Source: Octopus sinensis
Taxonomy: Eukaryota
Direction of reading: 5' to 3'
NCBI RefSeq assembly: GCF_006345805.1
Contig: NC_043002.1
Location: forward strand, 26,102,001 to 26,166,000
Length of the DNA: 64,000 bases
A program made the translations under genes and the position numbers. Of the stretch, positions 22,481 to 35,219 are shown in pieces. The notes below the pieces were generated by a model. The model had not been told where the DNA came from and searched no databases. It saw only the letters and a list, made by a program, of their open reading frames with translations. Position 1 is the stretch's first letter; every line of letters starts with the position of its first letter.

Positions 22481-24117
22481 CATTGTAATCTTTCACTGTA
22501 TGATGGTCTCTACACAAAACGATGCTCAAGAAGAAGTTATGTGAACATAAAGAGCGATACTGACAATATCTGTAGGGATGGATGCTTGACGACCACCTGA
22601 AAAGAGTTCAAAGCCTGTTGAGGTAATGATGCAAGATTAGGTTATTACATGGAGAAAGGGGAATTGACGTTTCGACTAAAATACCAGGATTTTACTATGG
22701 CCCAACCATTTGTTGCAAGAGAGACTAAAACATATCACAGTCACCAGTTATCTCTAATGAATAGATTTCAGCCTCAACTGCACCTTCAAAGCGCTGATGT
22801 ACCCATGCGTATATTAAAGAAATACTAGTGAGAGAAAACACATAGTGTAGTAGTTGTGGAAGAAAATGGCAAGAAAAGAACGGTGAATAGGTGAAAGTTT
22901 TGAGGTTTTGATAAACAATATTGTGCGTCAAACAAGCGAAAGAAATAACGAATTGCTGCAGTGTACTAGACAATAAACCGACAGATAAAGTGTAGTAGCA
23001 AGACTAGCAAGAAAGATTAGCAGGAAAGAAAACAGAAAATCAGAAAAAAACAGAAACAATCAGAAAGTAGCGGAAAATATACAAAATGTTGCATTGTATT
23101 ATCAGAGAGCTCACGGGCACAAAAGCAACAGTTTTTTTACCATTCAAGAAAGAACGTAAATTGTCAAAATCCTTTTAACAGACAAATAAAACTCTAGATG
23201 GTTAGAACATTGCTAAGAGACTCTAAATCTGCCAGATCCAGTTGCATTATTTTGATGTCAACTCAAAACCCACTGTTAAATTCTTTACAGGTAGGAAGAA
23301 ATGAAATGGCAGTGAAGAAATATAGTAACCGTGAAAGAAATTATAGAACCACAAATCTATTGTGTACGATCAAATGTCAATGAAACTCTTTAAGATGTGC
23401 TGACAAGCAATAGCAGGAAAAGCTTGCTGAAGTTAGGAAAAGCGTGCTGAAGGCAGTAAAAGTTCGCTGAATCGTTCCACAAAACAGACCATCGATACAA
23501 TACTGCGAAAAGAAACAGTAAGTGTTTCGTTTCCGGGGTTCATGTACTGAGAAATCTCCTAGAACATTGTATACAGCTTCTGTCATTCAACCTCGAAAAT
23601 TTTAAAATGTTCTTTGATACCATCTATCAAAAATCAAAAAACTAAATATTAAGAACAAATAATTTTTTTAAAAAATCACGCTTAAAATTAACTGTTAAAC
23701 ACTGAAGTGAAGCAGATTAATATAGGAACACAAACTCCCGTCATTATCGGATATTTTGTCCTATCTGGGCAGTATGATGTGTTGTAATGGATGTATTACA
23801 GGTGATACAGTGGAAAGAACCCATACCTTTTATTTGCTCTATGTTGCGTCAATAAACTATTGAATTATAGTTTGAAGCACAATATAGAAACGTTTTGCTG
23901 CTGTACCAGTATACGAAAACTGAAATTGTCATGGTAGGAGCCATATTTCAACGTATGCGTCAAGACTGAAGGTCAGAAAGCGTCAAACCTGCAGTAAAGA
24001 TTCGGTTTTATTGTGAAATAGTTCTGCCAACCATTCTCTAAATCGGTGAAACGAGAGAAGTGACAGCAAAAGTAACCCAAAATCTGGGTACACTCTAATA
24101 ACAATGTCTTCAGAATC

Positions 24118-24121
<4 letters not shown>

Positions 24122-24191
<70 letters not shown>
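24122..24191. repeat. (GA)n microsatellite
   Basis: Direct reading. Confidence 0.95.
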
Positions 24192-24198
<7 letters not shown>

Positions 24199-24847
24199 GG
24201 AGAAAGAGATGGAGAGTGAGAGAGAATCACAAATGAAGAAACACTTCTGCAAAGTCAATGTGCGGCATCGCGGAGTTGCGCTGATTTCACCTCAAGACTC
24301 ATATATCGCACTTTCCAAGTACTTAACTGCCCAGCACACAAATACTGTAATGATGAATGAAAATAGAAAAAGAGTAAGTGACTGCCACTACAAAAGAAAA
24401 CTGTACCAAATATTTCAGAATATAGCAGTGAAAGTGGCCAAGAAGCTGAACACAGTCACCTGAGGGACAGAATCCTTAGAGCAAGCCAGGGAAAGGAATC
24501 ACTCAAAGGGTCCAGTTCGACAAGGAAGCATGGAATTACTGCAGATAACTACAGTGGTGGAGGCTTCATAATTTGTTCACAACTCAATGCAAGGTGACTT
24601 GAGAATATATGTTCTTATATGCTTTTGCGTGTTCATTGCACTATCTAGATACTCCACGATGGGAGCATTTACCGAGAAAAATTACTCGAAAAAAATAAAC
24701 ACAAGAAATTTTTGAAAGTCTGCTGCTTATTCTATCACTCTCTTCATCTGTTTATTTACGGGAATGTAAACGATCGACACCAGCTTTCAGGCGCTGCAGG
24801 ATCAATCACGAAGACAAATGCCTATGCACTCAGAATATGCCAATACA

Positions 24848-24897
<50 letters not shown>

Positions 24898-24912
24898 CCA
24901 ATCCATCCATCC

Positions 24913-24987
24913 ATGGCGTAGTGGTTAAGAGCGCGGGTACTAACCCCATCATTCCGAGTTCGATTCCAGGCAGTGACCTGAATAATG

Positions 24988-25049
<62 letters not shown>

Positions 25050-25188
25050 AATAACAATACCTTAGGAATGAGAACCCAGGTTCGAACTTTCCCCAAGACA
25101 CCTGATGAAGGCTGGAGGGTATATCAGCCGAAACGTTGTTAACAACAAACAAGATGAGGACAAATATCCGTCAAATGTAAATAATGTA
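24913..25188 (+). mobile_element. tRNA-headed SINE-like element with internal (AAT)n and a 3' hammerhead motif (type D)
   Basis: A-box tggcgtagtgg (24914-24924), B-box gagttcgattcc (24956-24967), (AAT)n at 24981-25057, hammerhead at 25097-25140; sits between (ATCA/ATCC)n and (TATC)n. Confidence 0.7.
25097..25140 (+). ncRNA. Minimal type I hammerhead ribozyme motif
   Basis: gacac-CTGATGA-a-GGCTG[gagggtatat]CAGCC-GAAA-CG-TT-gtt. Perfect core and 5-bp helix II, palindromic ACGT helix III; only 2 bp of helix I in this copy. Confidence 0.65.
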
Positions 25189-25738
25189 TCTATCTATCTT
25201 TCTAAATTTTATGTATGTGTGTATGTATGTATGTATGTATGTGCGCGTGTGTATGTATGCATGCATAGTTGTGTGTAATATAGACATGAGGACACTTTGC
25301 TTAGTATTAGATGTGAAGCACATTGCTCAATTCGTGTTAGCGATTAACTATATTTTTTTATTTTATGTATATATGTATATAGATATAGTGTAGGTATCAG
25401 TTAGAGGAGTTTAAAACCTCTAAGGGATAATTAAATCCAAAGGCGCTCCAGGTGATTATGTAAGACTAACGTATTTTGACTTTATTACCATTACCGATGT
25501 ATCAATATATTTTTCGGATTCTGATGATATTTATTAAAACTAGTAAATTGAAACGGTTGTAAATGCTACCTTTTTTTGTTAATTAATTAAATTAAAGGCA
25601 TAACAGCGAAAACGACGAGTTTCTCCTTGTTATTTACATCCATTTTCTTCTCGTATGTAACCATGTATGTATGTATATATATATATATTATATATATATA
25701 TATATATATACCTATGCTTATTTACATCTACATACATA

Positions 25739-25801
<63 letters not shown>

Positions 25802-25805
<4 letters not shown>

Positions 25806-26005
25806 GTGACCGCGTGTGTACCGTTGGCGATTTTTCCCTCTGCCTTCCCTTCTCTGGATCTTTGCTTCTATGTTTCCGACGAAGAGCTCCGCTCGAAACG
25901 TTAAACCCTCCTTCTTTCCTTCTTTCCTGAGCGTCCAATAATACTATATTTGTTCCACGTCCTCGCGTTGTTGTGTTTTTTTGTGCTTTCTTGTTTGGAT
26001 TAACT
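25802..26005 (+). mobile_element. Short (TA)n-flanked element with a minimal hammerhead
   Basis: 25872-25906: GTTT-CCGACGA-a-GAGC[tcc]GCTC-GAAA-CGTT-AAAC; helices I and II perfect, U4 to C change; (TA)n on both sides. Confidence 0.72.
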
Positions 26006-28419
26006 ATATATATATATGTATAGATATATATGTATACACCTACACACACAGACATATATATCTATATATATACATATATACACATACATATGTATATATA
26101 TATATATTGGCATATAAACATATATACATGTGAAGAAAATAGGAAAATGTATATGTGTGTGTGTGTGTGTGTGCGTGTGTGTGTAACGTTTCCTGCCAAT
26201 CTACTGATTCATGAGGCCAGGGTGTCTCTTTGAGAATCCCCGAAATTTCAAAGATGTAGACACAAACTGGGAGTGCTGACACAAACAATAGTAATGTATC
26301 CAAGAGTAATGTCAACAACAAAGAAAATTATCAGTGCTGAAATGTTTTTTTTTCTTTCAGAAATGTGTCAGATCTGATATAACTCTCGGTTGGAGATAAT
26401 GTTATAGAGTGGACAAAGAATAGAAGATAGATTAGTTAGAACGTAGACAGTGTGGGATTTTGAAGTAAGAATAGTCAGATGTAGATCAGCTGACAAAGCT
26501 TGACGGATTTATTAAATAAGAAAGTTTGAGGGTGGTATCCTACTTGATATTGATCGAAAGAGAACAGAGACAATTAAAGTTCGGTAGAAAATGAGTTGGG
26601 TAGAAGGTGGGCGTCTGTAAGATGATTGCGCTGTGCTGGGCAGAGCATTCATTGTAATATCGTTTTCTGCTAAAGTTATACTGTAGCCTTTGTTGGAAAG
26701 AAATAATTTAATGCTCTTGTAGAAGTGGATGCTTGCCGATCCTTGTGGGAACCCTTTCAATGCTATTAGAAAAGTTATAAATATTACAATATTACCCTGT
26801 GTCATAAATAATTTTGTCATATCTCACACTTGGAAAAGTTTTATTTTTACCTTGTCTTTATTAGGACTTTTTTAAAAATTATTATTTGTTGCATTCATCA
26901 TGCTACAAGTATTGTGTGACCTTAATATCTATAACAAAGAATATCTCTCCTTCTTTGTAACATCTCAATAAATTAGTCGAAGAAAAATTTCCATGAAATT
27001 TCACAATTATAGCTGAAGTCACAAAATACCAGCCGAAAAAAAAAAAGATTATAAAAGAAAATAGAGAAAACAATTTTTATTTTCGGGCTATAGAATGGTA
27101 CTTCCAAATTATTCAGAATATCAGCTAGAAAAACGAACCATTTTGAGAACAAATCACAAATTATAATCATTAGTTGCACTTGGATAGTTAATTTTTATTA
27201 AGATGTTATGAAAATATATTGCTACTTTATCTGATCTAGATATTTCGCAGTGCCAATGGTGTAAATTAAAACATCTAATGATGTTGAAAAGACAAACAAA
27301 CGAAAGGACATTAGTAAAATCAAACATATTAGTTCAAACAGCGCAGGCTGCCAAAATGAGAATAGTGTATTAAGAAAGAACAATAACGTCTAGTATCTGT
27401 GCTAAGGACTAAGAATAATAAAGCAATATTACAAAAAGTAATGGGGATATAGTACAACATGAATTAATTCCGTCCATCGCTACTTGGATTTTCTCGCTAT
27501 GCAAGAGCATTCGGGCAACCCCAAACGAAAAAAAAAAAAAAAAAAAAAACACAAAACGAGTGGCTATGTTTAGGTTTTCTTAGAAACCGAAAATACAAGT
27601 CAAATATATATTCGTCTTTCATTGGTCGGATTTATCCAAATAATAATGGTTTACAATAGGAGGTTATTATGATAATTTATGACTAAAATATTCCGTGTAA
27701 AAAAAATAGGCGGCTCTGTGTGTAAATTCGGTTGCACGGAAACATGAATAGGATCCAGAGCACTTAAATATAACCAAACTCTCACTGCATAGGATTATGA
27801 ATGGGAAACATGCAGGCATTACTTTTTCATCCCGCAAATGGTCAAACGTGTAACTAATTATAATTTATTTTCAAATGTTCATTATTAATCTAAAGTGTAT
27901 CAGACTTTTAGATCTGGTATTATATTTCATTGCAGGAAGGTAGAGCCTTTACAGAAGGCCGAATGAAGATACAGTAAATGTAATCAGAATCTATACTCCA
28001 CAAACAAATCATACAATTTTAGATAACATAAGTGGTGAAACTGTCTTCCAACAGGGGGATAATAAATAGAACCGTATCTCACTATAATGATGTATTCATA
28101 AGAACTGGATTGGAAGGAGAGAAAAAAAGCTAGAATACCTATAAGAAACCATACACAACATAAAAACTAGGAAAAAAGACAAAATCTAGTTCATCCACAT
28201 TTTACTGCAGCAAGTAGGTAATATCTATTATAGCTGTTAACACTGAATATATATTTTTTGGCTTTGGTCCGTAAGTGTTATTTCCTATTTGCTTCTATCT
28301 AGAGATAAAAGGAAACGACTACTATTCCCTTCAAACTTTGCTTTTGTGACCTGGACATCAATGTTTTGAAACTGATCTATTTCCCATTATATTTCAGACA
28401 GATTCAGTGCTGAGTTGCT

Positions 28420-28605
28420 GAAGCAGAAATATCATTATAGCAGATATCCTGCTCAATACCACAGATTTGCTTGTTGGTTGCTTGACCATGGCCATTTGAG
28501 CATGTCCCTTAGCCGACTGACAATGTGTGCACCTCTGATCATGAGCTGGACTAGTGGGAGAGCATCATAACATTGTGTTGAGAGGGATTCATTGGGGTTT
28601 GAATA
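28420..28605 (+). mobile_element. Second copy of the 18510-18897 repeat family
   Basis: 28498-28605 aligns to the reverse complement of about 18785-18890. Confidence 0.65.
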
Positions 28606-28754
28606 AATGTGACAAAAGCAAAGTTTGAAAGAAATATTAGCTATCTTTCATACTTTCTAGGAGTAATCAAATAGGAAATAACAGTTGATACCCAAGAACA
28701 AAAATCGTATTACATCTTGAAATTTTGATTCAGAAAGCATTTCCATGCGCAGCA

Positions 28755-29090
28755 AATTAATAAAAGTTTCATTGATAATAATGACAAATCATCGAATCCA
28801 AGATAATCCAGCAGCCATAGAAATAAACACACTCTTATCCAATCGCCAGAATATCAACGTTTTATTGTGCCCATTTAATGCTTCATGTTTGTCCTCAAGT
28901 GCTGGTGTCCGAACTGGACACAATATTTGGCACAAAAAGTACTATATAGGACTTAGGAAGAAATCATTCAACACCAGATACACACAGCAAACTCAGTCAT
29001 TTAAGTCTACAGATCGAACCCATTCCACTTACTTTTCAAACTACGTACTGCAATTGAAAGATGAACAATATTCGTATAAGGAGTTTAATA
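28755..29090 (+). mobile_element. Degraded Penelope-like GIY-YIG fragment (second lineage)
   Basis: IKVSL..MTN...CPFNASCLSSS...KYYIGL.KKSFNTRY..QTQSFK....HSTYFSNYVLQLKDE fits the PLE KVSYSCM.N / CPL.G.CL / YIG.T..FK.RY..H..SF / ST.LS.YIW.LK motifs. Confidence 0.72.
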
Positions 29091-29563
29091 ACGTCGCTTT
29101 TCTACTCATTATAAAATTACTATCAAATTCCGCAAAAATTCATTTCGGTCCCTCTATTCTCATTTTAGGCTTTTTAAAAAATCTTATATGCCAAAAGATT
29201 TGCTTATATTTATGAATATAAATACAGATGTATCGAGAAATGTTAATGAATCATTTACCTCGAGGTGAATAATTATAGATAACTTTATTACTTTGTCGCT
29301 TGTAAGATAAAAGCGTCTGATTCGATAGTTGATTGAGGAAAGGGTGCTTTGGTGCAACAGGTTAGCACTTCAGTACAGAAGACTGGAGGTGGAATTGCGT
29401 GTGTAGACACTATTTATCATTTAGTACTTTTAAACTCAATATGATAAAAGTTATTGTTTATAGCTTCGAGATACTTTATTATATTATTCTTTTTTACATA
29501 TTTCTCGATGCATCTATTTCTAAGTGTAATCGGAAGTTACCATCATGTGTTATTATACCATCA

Positions 29564-29702
29564 AATTCGATGGAGAAAAGACCAAAGATTACATCGGTAC
29601 AAATGGTAAACAGTTCGATAATGGGTATAAAAGAGATATTATACGAATTCAAACGCGTAATACTGTATAAACGATAGCGAGTAAGTTTAATACTTTCATT
29701 AA
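29564..29702 (+). repeat. About 135-bp dispersed direct repeat, copy 1 (partner at 31621-31758)
   Basis: Both copies read aagaccaaagattac..tacaaat.gtaaacagttcgataatggg.a.aaaagag.tattatacgaattcaaacgcgtaatactgtataaacgatagcgag. Confidence 0.9.
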
Positions 29703-29829
29703 GAATTTTCCATCTTAGCGGTTCGGTGAATGTGACCGATAAAATAAGTATCAGATTTAAAAATTAAGTACTGGCGTCGATCTGTTCGACTAAAACGCTT
29801 CAAGGCGGGTGCACCAAAAACATTATATG

Positions 29830-30300
29830 TACAACACAAACATATCTTTTCCAGAATCGAACATCTGAGAACGAGTATTGCAAAAGCCTGTTGGATTACT
29901 GTTCAATCATTTGTATTCCATTCCATAACCTGATACAACAAAGGTGAAACCAAGACGTCGATCGCAAATATACACTAACCTTTGGTCCATAGACATGCCG
30001 TCTCATAGTTCTGCTTTTTCAATCGTTCCTGTAATGGCATCAGTTCCTCAGAATTAACTGGTTTGTGCTAACTTCATTCAGAAATTTCCGACGTAATCGT
30101 CTCTTCTGTTCTCACCCCTCGTCTACCAACACCGTGTCCAACACCTCAGATTAAACATTAACCAATATTTTCAGTCATTTTTTCAAAATACGTTGATTCT
30201 GGAATTTACTCCATTTGTATTGCCTATTTACAAAAGATTTACTGCAATGTTCAAGGTATAAATCTCACTAATCTCAGAGGCCCTTCGCAGGCAATGGATG
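29830..30300 (-). mobile_element. Possible highly degraded LINE (RT N-terminal) fragment
   Basis: Coding-like composition with only weak motif remnants. Confidence 0.3.
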
Positions 30301-30624
30301 TAGCGTCTTCTTTCAGTTATAACTGACACACACATACACAGCGATCACACGCGCACACACACACACACACGCGCACATACATATACATACACACATACCT
30401 ATAATACATGAGTGTACATCTAAGCAACGAGAGCACGCACGCGCACATATACACATACATATATATATACAAAAGTTTGTATATGTATTTATATTTATTT
30501 CTATGTATAAGTATATAGATATTCATATATATGTCTCCACGTGTTTCACTACACACACACGCACACATATTAAGAGAGAGAGAGAGGAGTGGAAAGAGAT
30601 AAACCTGGAGAGAGAGAGAGATAG

Positions 30625-30663
<39 letters not shown>

Positions 30664-31370
30664 GAGACACAACGGTAGAGACAACATATTCAGTAAAGAA
30701 AGTGTGGGCGAGTGGGATGATTTTCCTAAGTGTTACAGTGTGGTTACAGTTTTTCTGCATTTAAATTAATAATTTATAACTGGAACAGAACAAAACATGT
30801 TTTAAAACTGTAGATGCATTTCTTGCGTATGTAATAAATAATGCTTAAAACCAAATCGATGCAATTATTCTCTTTATATTACCACAGCTGTGTGTGAAAG
30901 CTAATAATTTAAGGAGGTTTATCTAAGATAATTTATAAATATTGTAGTAGCGCACGCATAGTCGTGCGGTTGAAAAAAGTCCTTTTCCCAATGACGTTGT
31001 TCGTGATTCGAGCCTCCAACGTGGCAGCTGGGCCAGATGTATTTTATGAAAGCTTTAAAATAATTAATGATTAGCACGATGAGTGAGTGAAATGTCGTTT
31101 AACGGAAAATGTATACAAGCTCATCAGTGACTTTCATGTAGTAAATTCTTGCACATACCGAGACCAAGTCTCTTGCTTGATGTTGAAATCTGTATCGTGT
31201 TGTATTTGTCCCTACTGGAATCTAAACGTTGTGGTTTGTGATTTATTCTTCTCAACTTCCTCCAAATTCGAAAACCTTCAGGGGTCGATGAATGCTGCTT
31301 TACCTCCGTACTTGAATAAAATACTGCAGGTTTGAAAAGCTCTTAATATGTATGTGTATGCGTATGTGAA

Positions 31371-31548
31371 GGCGGCGAGCTGGCAGAATCTTTAGCACAC
31401 ACAGTGTTAATTGCTTAGCAACATTTCATTCGTCTTGACGGTCTGAGTTCAAATTCCACTGGGGCCGATTTTGCCTTTCATCCTTTCGGGGGCGATAAAA
31501 TAAGCATCGCAATTTCAGGCTTTATGCTTTTAGTAGAAATGATTAATA
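31371..31548 (+). mobile_element. SINE type B
   Basis: ggcggcgagctggcagaatctttagcac...ctgagttcaaattccact..ttttgcctttcatcctttcggggg. Confidence 0.8.
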
Positions 31549-31620
31549 GAACACAAGGATAAGCGTTTTTTTCAAACTTTCATTACATATTTGAAAAAAA
31601 AAAAAATTCAGACAGTGGGG

Positions 31621-31758
31621 TATTCAATGGGAGAAAGACCAAAGATTACGTTGATACAAATAGTAAACAGTTCGATAATGGGCACAAAAGAGGTATTATA
31701 CGAATTCAAACGCGTAATACTGTATAAACGATAGCGAGCAAATTTACTACTTTCATTA
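31621..31758 (+). repeat. About 135-bp dispersed direct repeat, copy 2
   Basis: See 29564-29702. Confidence 0.9.
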
Positions 31759-31887
31759 AAAGACAACCAGATTCAGTTTACCCGCTGATGATCGGAAACA
31801 AGTAGTGGAAATCGGAACTTTTTAGTTAAAATGTATTAAAAATTACTGTTGATTCTGGTGATCAGTAAAATTTGCAAATTATATAGT

Positions 31888-32173
31888 AGTAGTGGGTGTG
31901 TGGTAAGGAGCTTGCTTACCAACCACATGGTTCTGGGTTCAGTCTCACTGCCTTCACCTTGGGCAAGTATCTTCTACTATAGCCTCGGGACGACCAAAGC
32001 CTTGTGAGTGGATTTGGTAGAACTAAGCGGTTCGGCAAACATGGCCGATAGAATAAGTACTAGGCTTACAAAGAATAAGCTTACAAAGAATAAGTCCTGG
32101 GGTCGATTTTGCTCGACTAAAGTCGGTTCTCCAGCATGGCCACAGTCAAATGACTGAAACAAGTAAAAGAGTA
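31888..32173 (+). mobile_element. SINE type A with its central microsatellite region deleted
   Basis: Head joined directly to the 3' half at ggatttggtaga|actaagcggttcgg; 15-bp tandem duplication gcttacaaagaataa. Confidence 0.85.
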
Positions 32174-32177
32174 TGTA

Positions 32178-32234
<57 letters not shown>

Positions 32235-33289
32235 ACACACGCGCGCACACACACATGTATCAATGGTATTTTGACAGCGATGGATTGCATAGAGAAGAAT
32301 ATGTTTATCATATTCTGTATTCATTCATAATCGATGTTGAACGCAAGGTTTCTATGCTCCTTGCATTGCTGCTTCTAAACAGTTTTTGGATTAGAGGGCT
32401 ACCATCACATATACATCGTCATAAAATTGAGTACGTTGTTACAATTTTGCCGAATCTAAGTGCACACAATATTTCACTCAATGGTGTTTGACTGCATTTG
32501 CTCTTGCCATGAGTTCACAATACAGGAGTAATCAGCACGGATTATGATCAATATAGTCAACCTGTCATCATCTACAGAATAAAATAGATACTACGCGAAA
32601 GGTCACTGCCATTTTAATTTCAATCTTAGTAATTTCCAGTGCGACATTCTAAGAGTAGACTCTTCAAACGGATTATATCCCAATCTCGAAATATTTATAA
32701 GCGGCAGTATGTTGAGCTGTCGAAGACATGCATAGAGCAACTAGCATCATTGAAATGTCAAATAAAATCAAAATCCAGTGTCTACGATGTAGTGTCTTTT
32801 GGATAAGCAGTAACTCTGTTTCATATATTTAGCATCATAAGTACAGTTTTAGTACTTGGTAGCCTTCTGTAGAAAAAAAAAAGCAACCAATAAATGAAAA
32901 AAAAATTAAGTCTTCGTACATAATGCATTGTCAGATTCTTTTTCCCGATTATAAGCTTCATGCTTTACAACAAATATTGGCGTGTTTATTCTTTTTTATA
33001 ATGTGTTTTGAGTTTCTTTCCAAAAACAAAATTTTACGAATCCGAATATTTTCCAACAGATACCATCAAATAACTATTCAAATTTCCCTAAAGTGTGTTG
33101 GAGGCTAAGCCCTGTTAACTAACTCCCTCGTCAAGGATCCTGCTTTACCCACCTACGTCTGAAGACCATTTTCAGTGTATGATGACATGAAAAAAATAAA
33201 TCAGCAAAAAATAAAAGCAAAAAATGATAAAAAACATACAACACTAGAAAGAGAGACTAGTTATACATAGTAGCTTTTTACATTGTGGG

Positions 33290-33415
33290 CAGGGGTATAT
33301 TCGATTATATCGACCCCGGTACTTAATGTATCGACCCCGAAGCGATGAAAGGCAAAGTCGACCTCGGCGGAATTTGAATTCAAAATGTAGCGACAGACGA
33401 AATACCGTTAAGCTC
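33290..33415 (-). mobile_element. SINE type B fragment
   Basis: tcgaccccgaagcgatgaaaggcaaagtcgacctcggcggaatttgaattcaaaatgtagcgacagacgaaatacc. Confidence 0.8.
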
Positions 33416-34287
33416 TTTCCAATCTAAATAAAAGGTCGCACTTTATCCCTCTAGTCTCACAAATGCAACCGAAAAGCCATAAATAGATACGAGAGGAATA
33501 TGTTTTTGTACTTTATGCATATTTTCACATCTGCTCAATCTACGAAACGAGACTACTGCGACATACGTGTGTATTTTAGTTGGCGATGAAAATCCTGATT
33601 TAATGTAAGTTTGAATCCAAGAAGATTAGCTGCTTCAAGATGATATAAAATCTTAATGATATCGGACAAAAAAAAAAAAAGAAAAGAAATTTGGATATTT
33701 AAAAGAAAGAATACATAAAGCAAACGCAAATAGGTTCAAAACTAAGTAACAAAAGAAAAAAAACGAGAATAAAAACAGACTGGTCGTAAATCATGGAGAT
33801 AATCCTATGAAAAGTAAGGAAAAACAAGAAAATCAAACCTCAACATACTTGCGGAATATTGACCAATGGAATCGGAATCAGAACTACACAAACAAAAATA
33901 TGAATAAAAGTGATTACAGAGATTTTAGAACAGAATAAGCTAAAGACGTACATTTTGAACATTACATTTATCTAAATGTGAAAATAGTTAGAAAAAAAAT
34001 ATTTAGATCGATAGACGGTCTTCATACTGACCAATGAAAGAATCTCATTTACCAAGAAAATTCTTGATGATAAAACAGTAACAATAAAATAAATAGCAAA
34101 CCGGTTGAACGCAGACTTAGTGAAAACATGCAAATATCACTATCATTGGGATAAATCCAATAATCTATATATATCAGACATAATCGGCAGAACCATTGTG
34201 TCTGAGATATATATAGAAAATATTTAAAAAAATGTAAAACATACATTGGAGCACACCGTGGACACCAGAGTCTGAAAGTTTGTGCAT

Positions 34288-34388
<101 letters not shown>

Positions 34389-34421
34389 CATATATGTGTG
34401 TGTGTGTGGGAGAGAGTGCGT

Positions 34422-34477
<56 letters not shown>

Positions 34478-34809
34478 AGAGATAGAGAATGAGTGCGACA
34501 GAGATAATATTCAACTTTTCGTCAATCGACGTACTAGAATAGGCATTAACTATGACTGCTCAGTTTGGTTTACTCCTAATATTCCGGATTCAACTGCGAC
34601 TGAACAATGTTATGTCAAGAATGCCTATCAAAGGTGGCTAGAAGTGGTTTCTCGTTGAGCACGTGGATATAGCTTAAAATATAAAAGAAAAAGCAATTTA
34701 AATTAGGAATATAAACCGATAGAGTCTCTTACAGCTTGTTCTAGAATAACCAAACATGTGGATCATGATATGGAGTAAGGATTCGATAGGCTGAGTATAC
34801 CGTCATAAG

Positions 34810-34819
34810 AGAGAGATAG

Positions 34820-34898
<79 letters not shown>

Positions 34899-34900
34899 GA
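34810..34900. repeat. (GATA)n microsatellite
   Basis: Direct reading. Confidence 0.95.
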
Positions 34901-35219
34901 GAATTCAGAAAATATAGAAATGAATATCCCCAACGCAGCGCTCCAGCAAGGCCGCAATCTAATGAGTGAAACAAATAAAAGATAAAAAAGAATCGAGGAT
35001 ATTAGAAACCACAACAGCAACAACTGCAGGGACAAAAGGAGCATCAGCTGCAGGAACAGCAGCATCACAGCAGCAGCAGCAGCAGCAGCAGCAACAACTA
35101 CAAAAACAAAACAACAATTACTATTACAACAATAAATGCTACAATTAATGAATTGTAAGTCATCCAAAAGTGTTGAAAAGTTGTTCTCGGCAGATTATGT
35201 TACAAACTCAATAACGGAA

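Noticed and set aside
26361-26463. Exon-like segment with a polypyrimidine-CAG acceptor and GTAAG donor
   Set aside because: It has stops in all three frames and no supporting neighbours; it could only be a non-coding exon, which needs RNA data.
26512-26820. 102-aa complex ORF on the minus strand
   Set aside because: No recognisable motif or splice context; the length is compatible with chance.
31783-31815. CTGATGA near GGAAAC
   Set aside because: There is no room or pairing for helix II.
34990-35150. Poly-Q/A reading frame
   Set aside because: It is a (CAG)n/(CAA)n microsatellite with no coding context.
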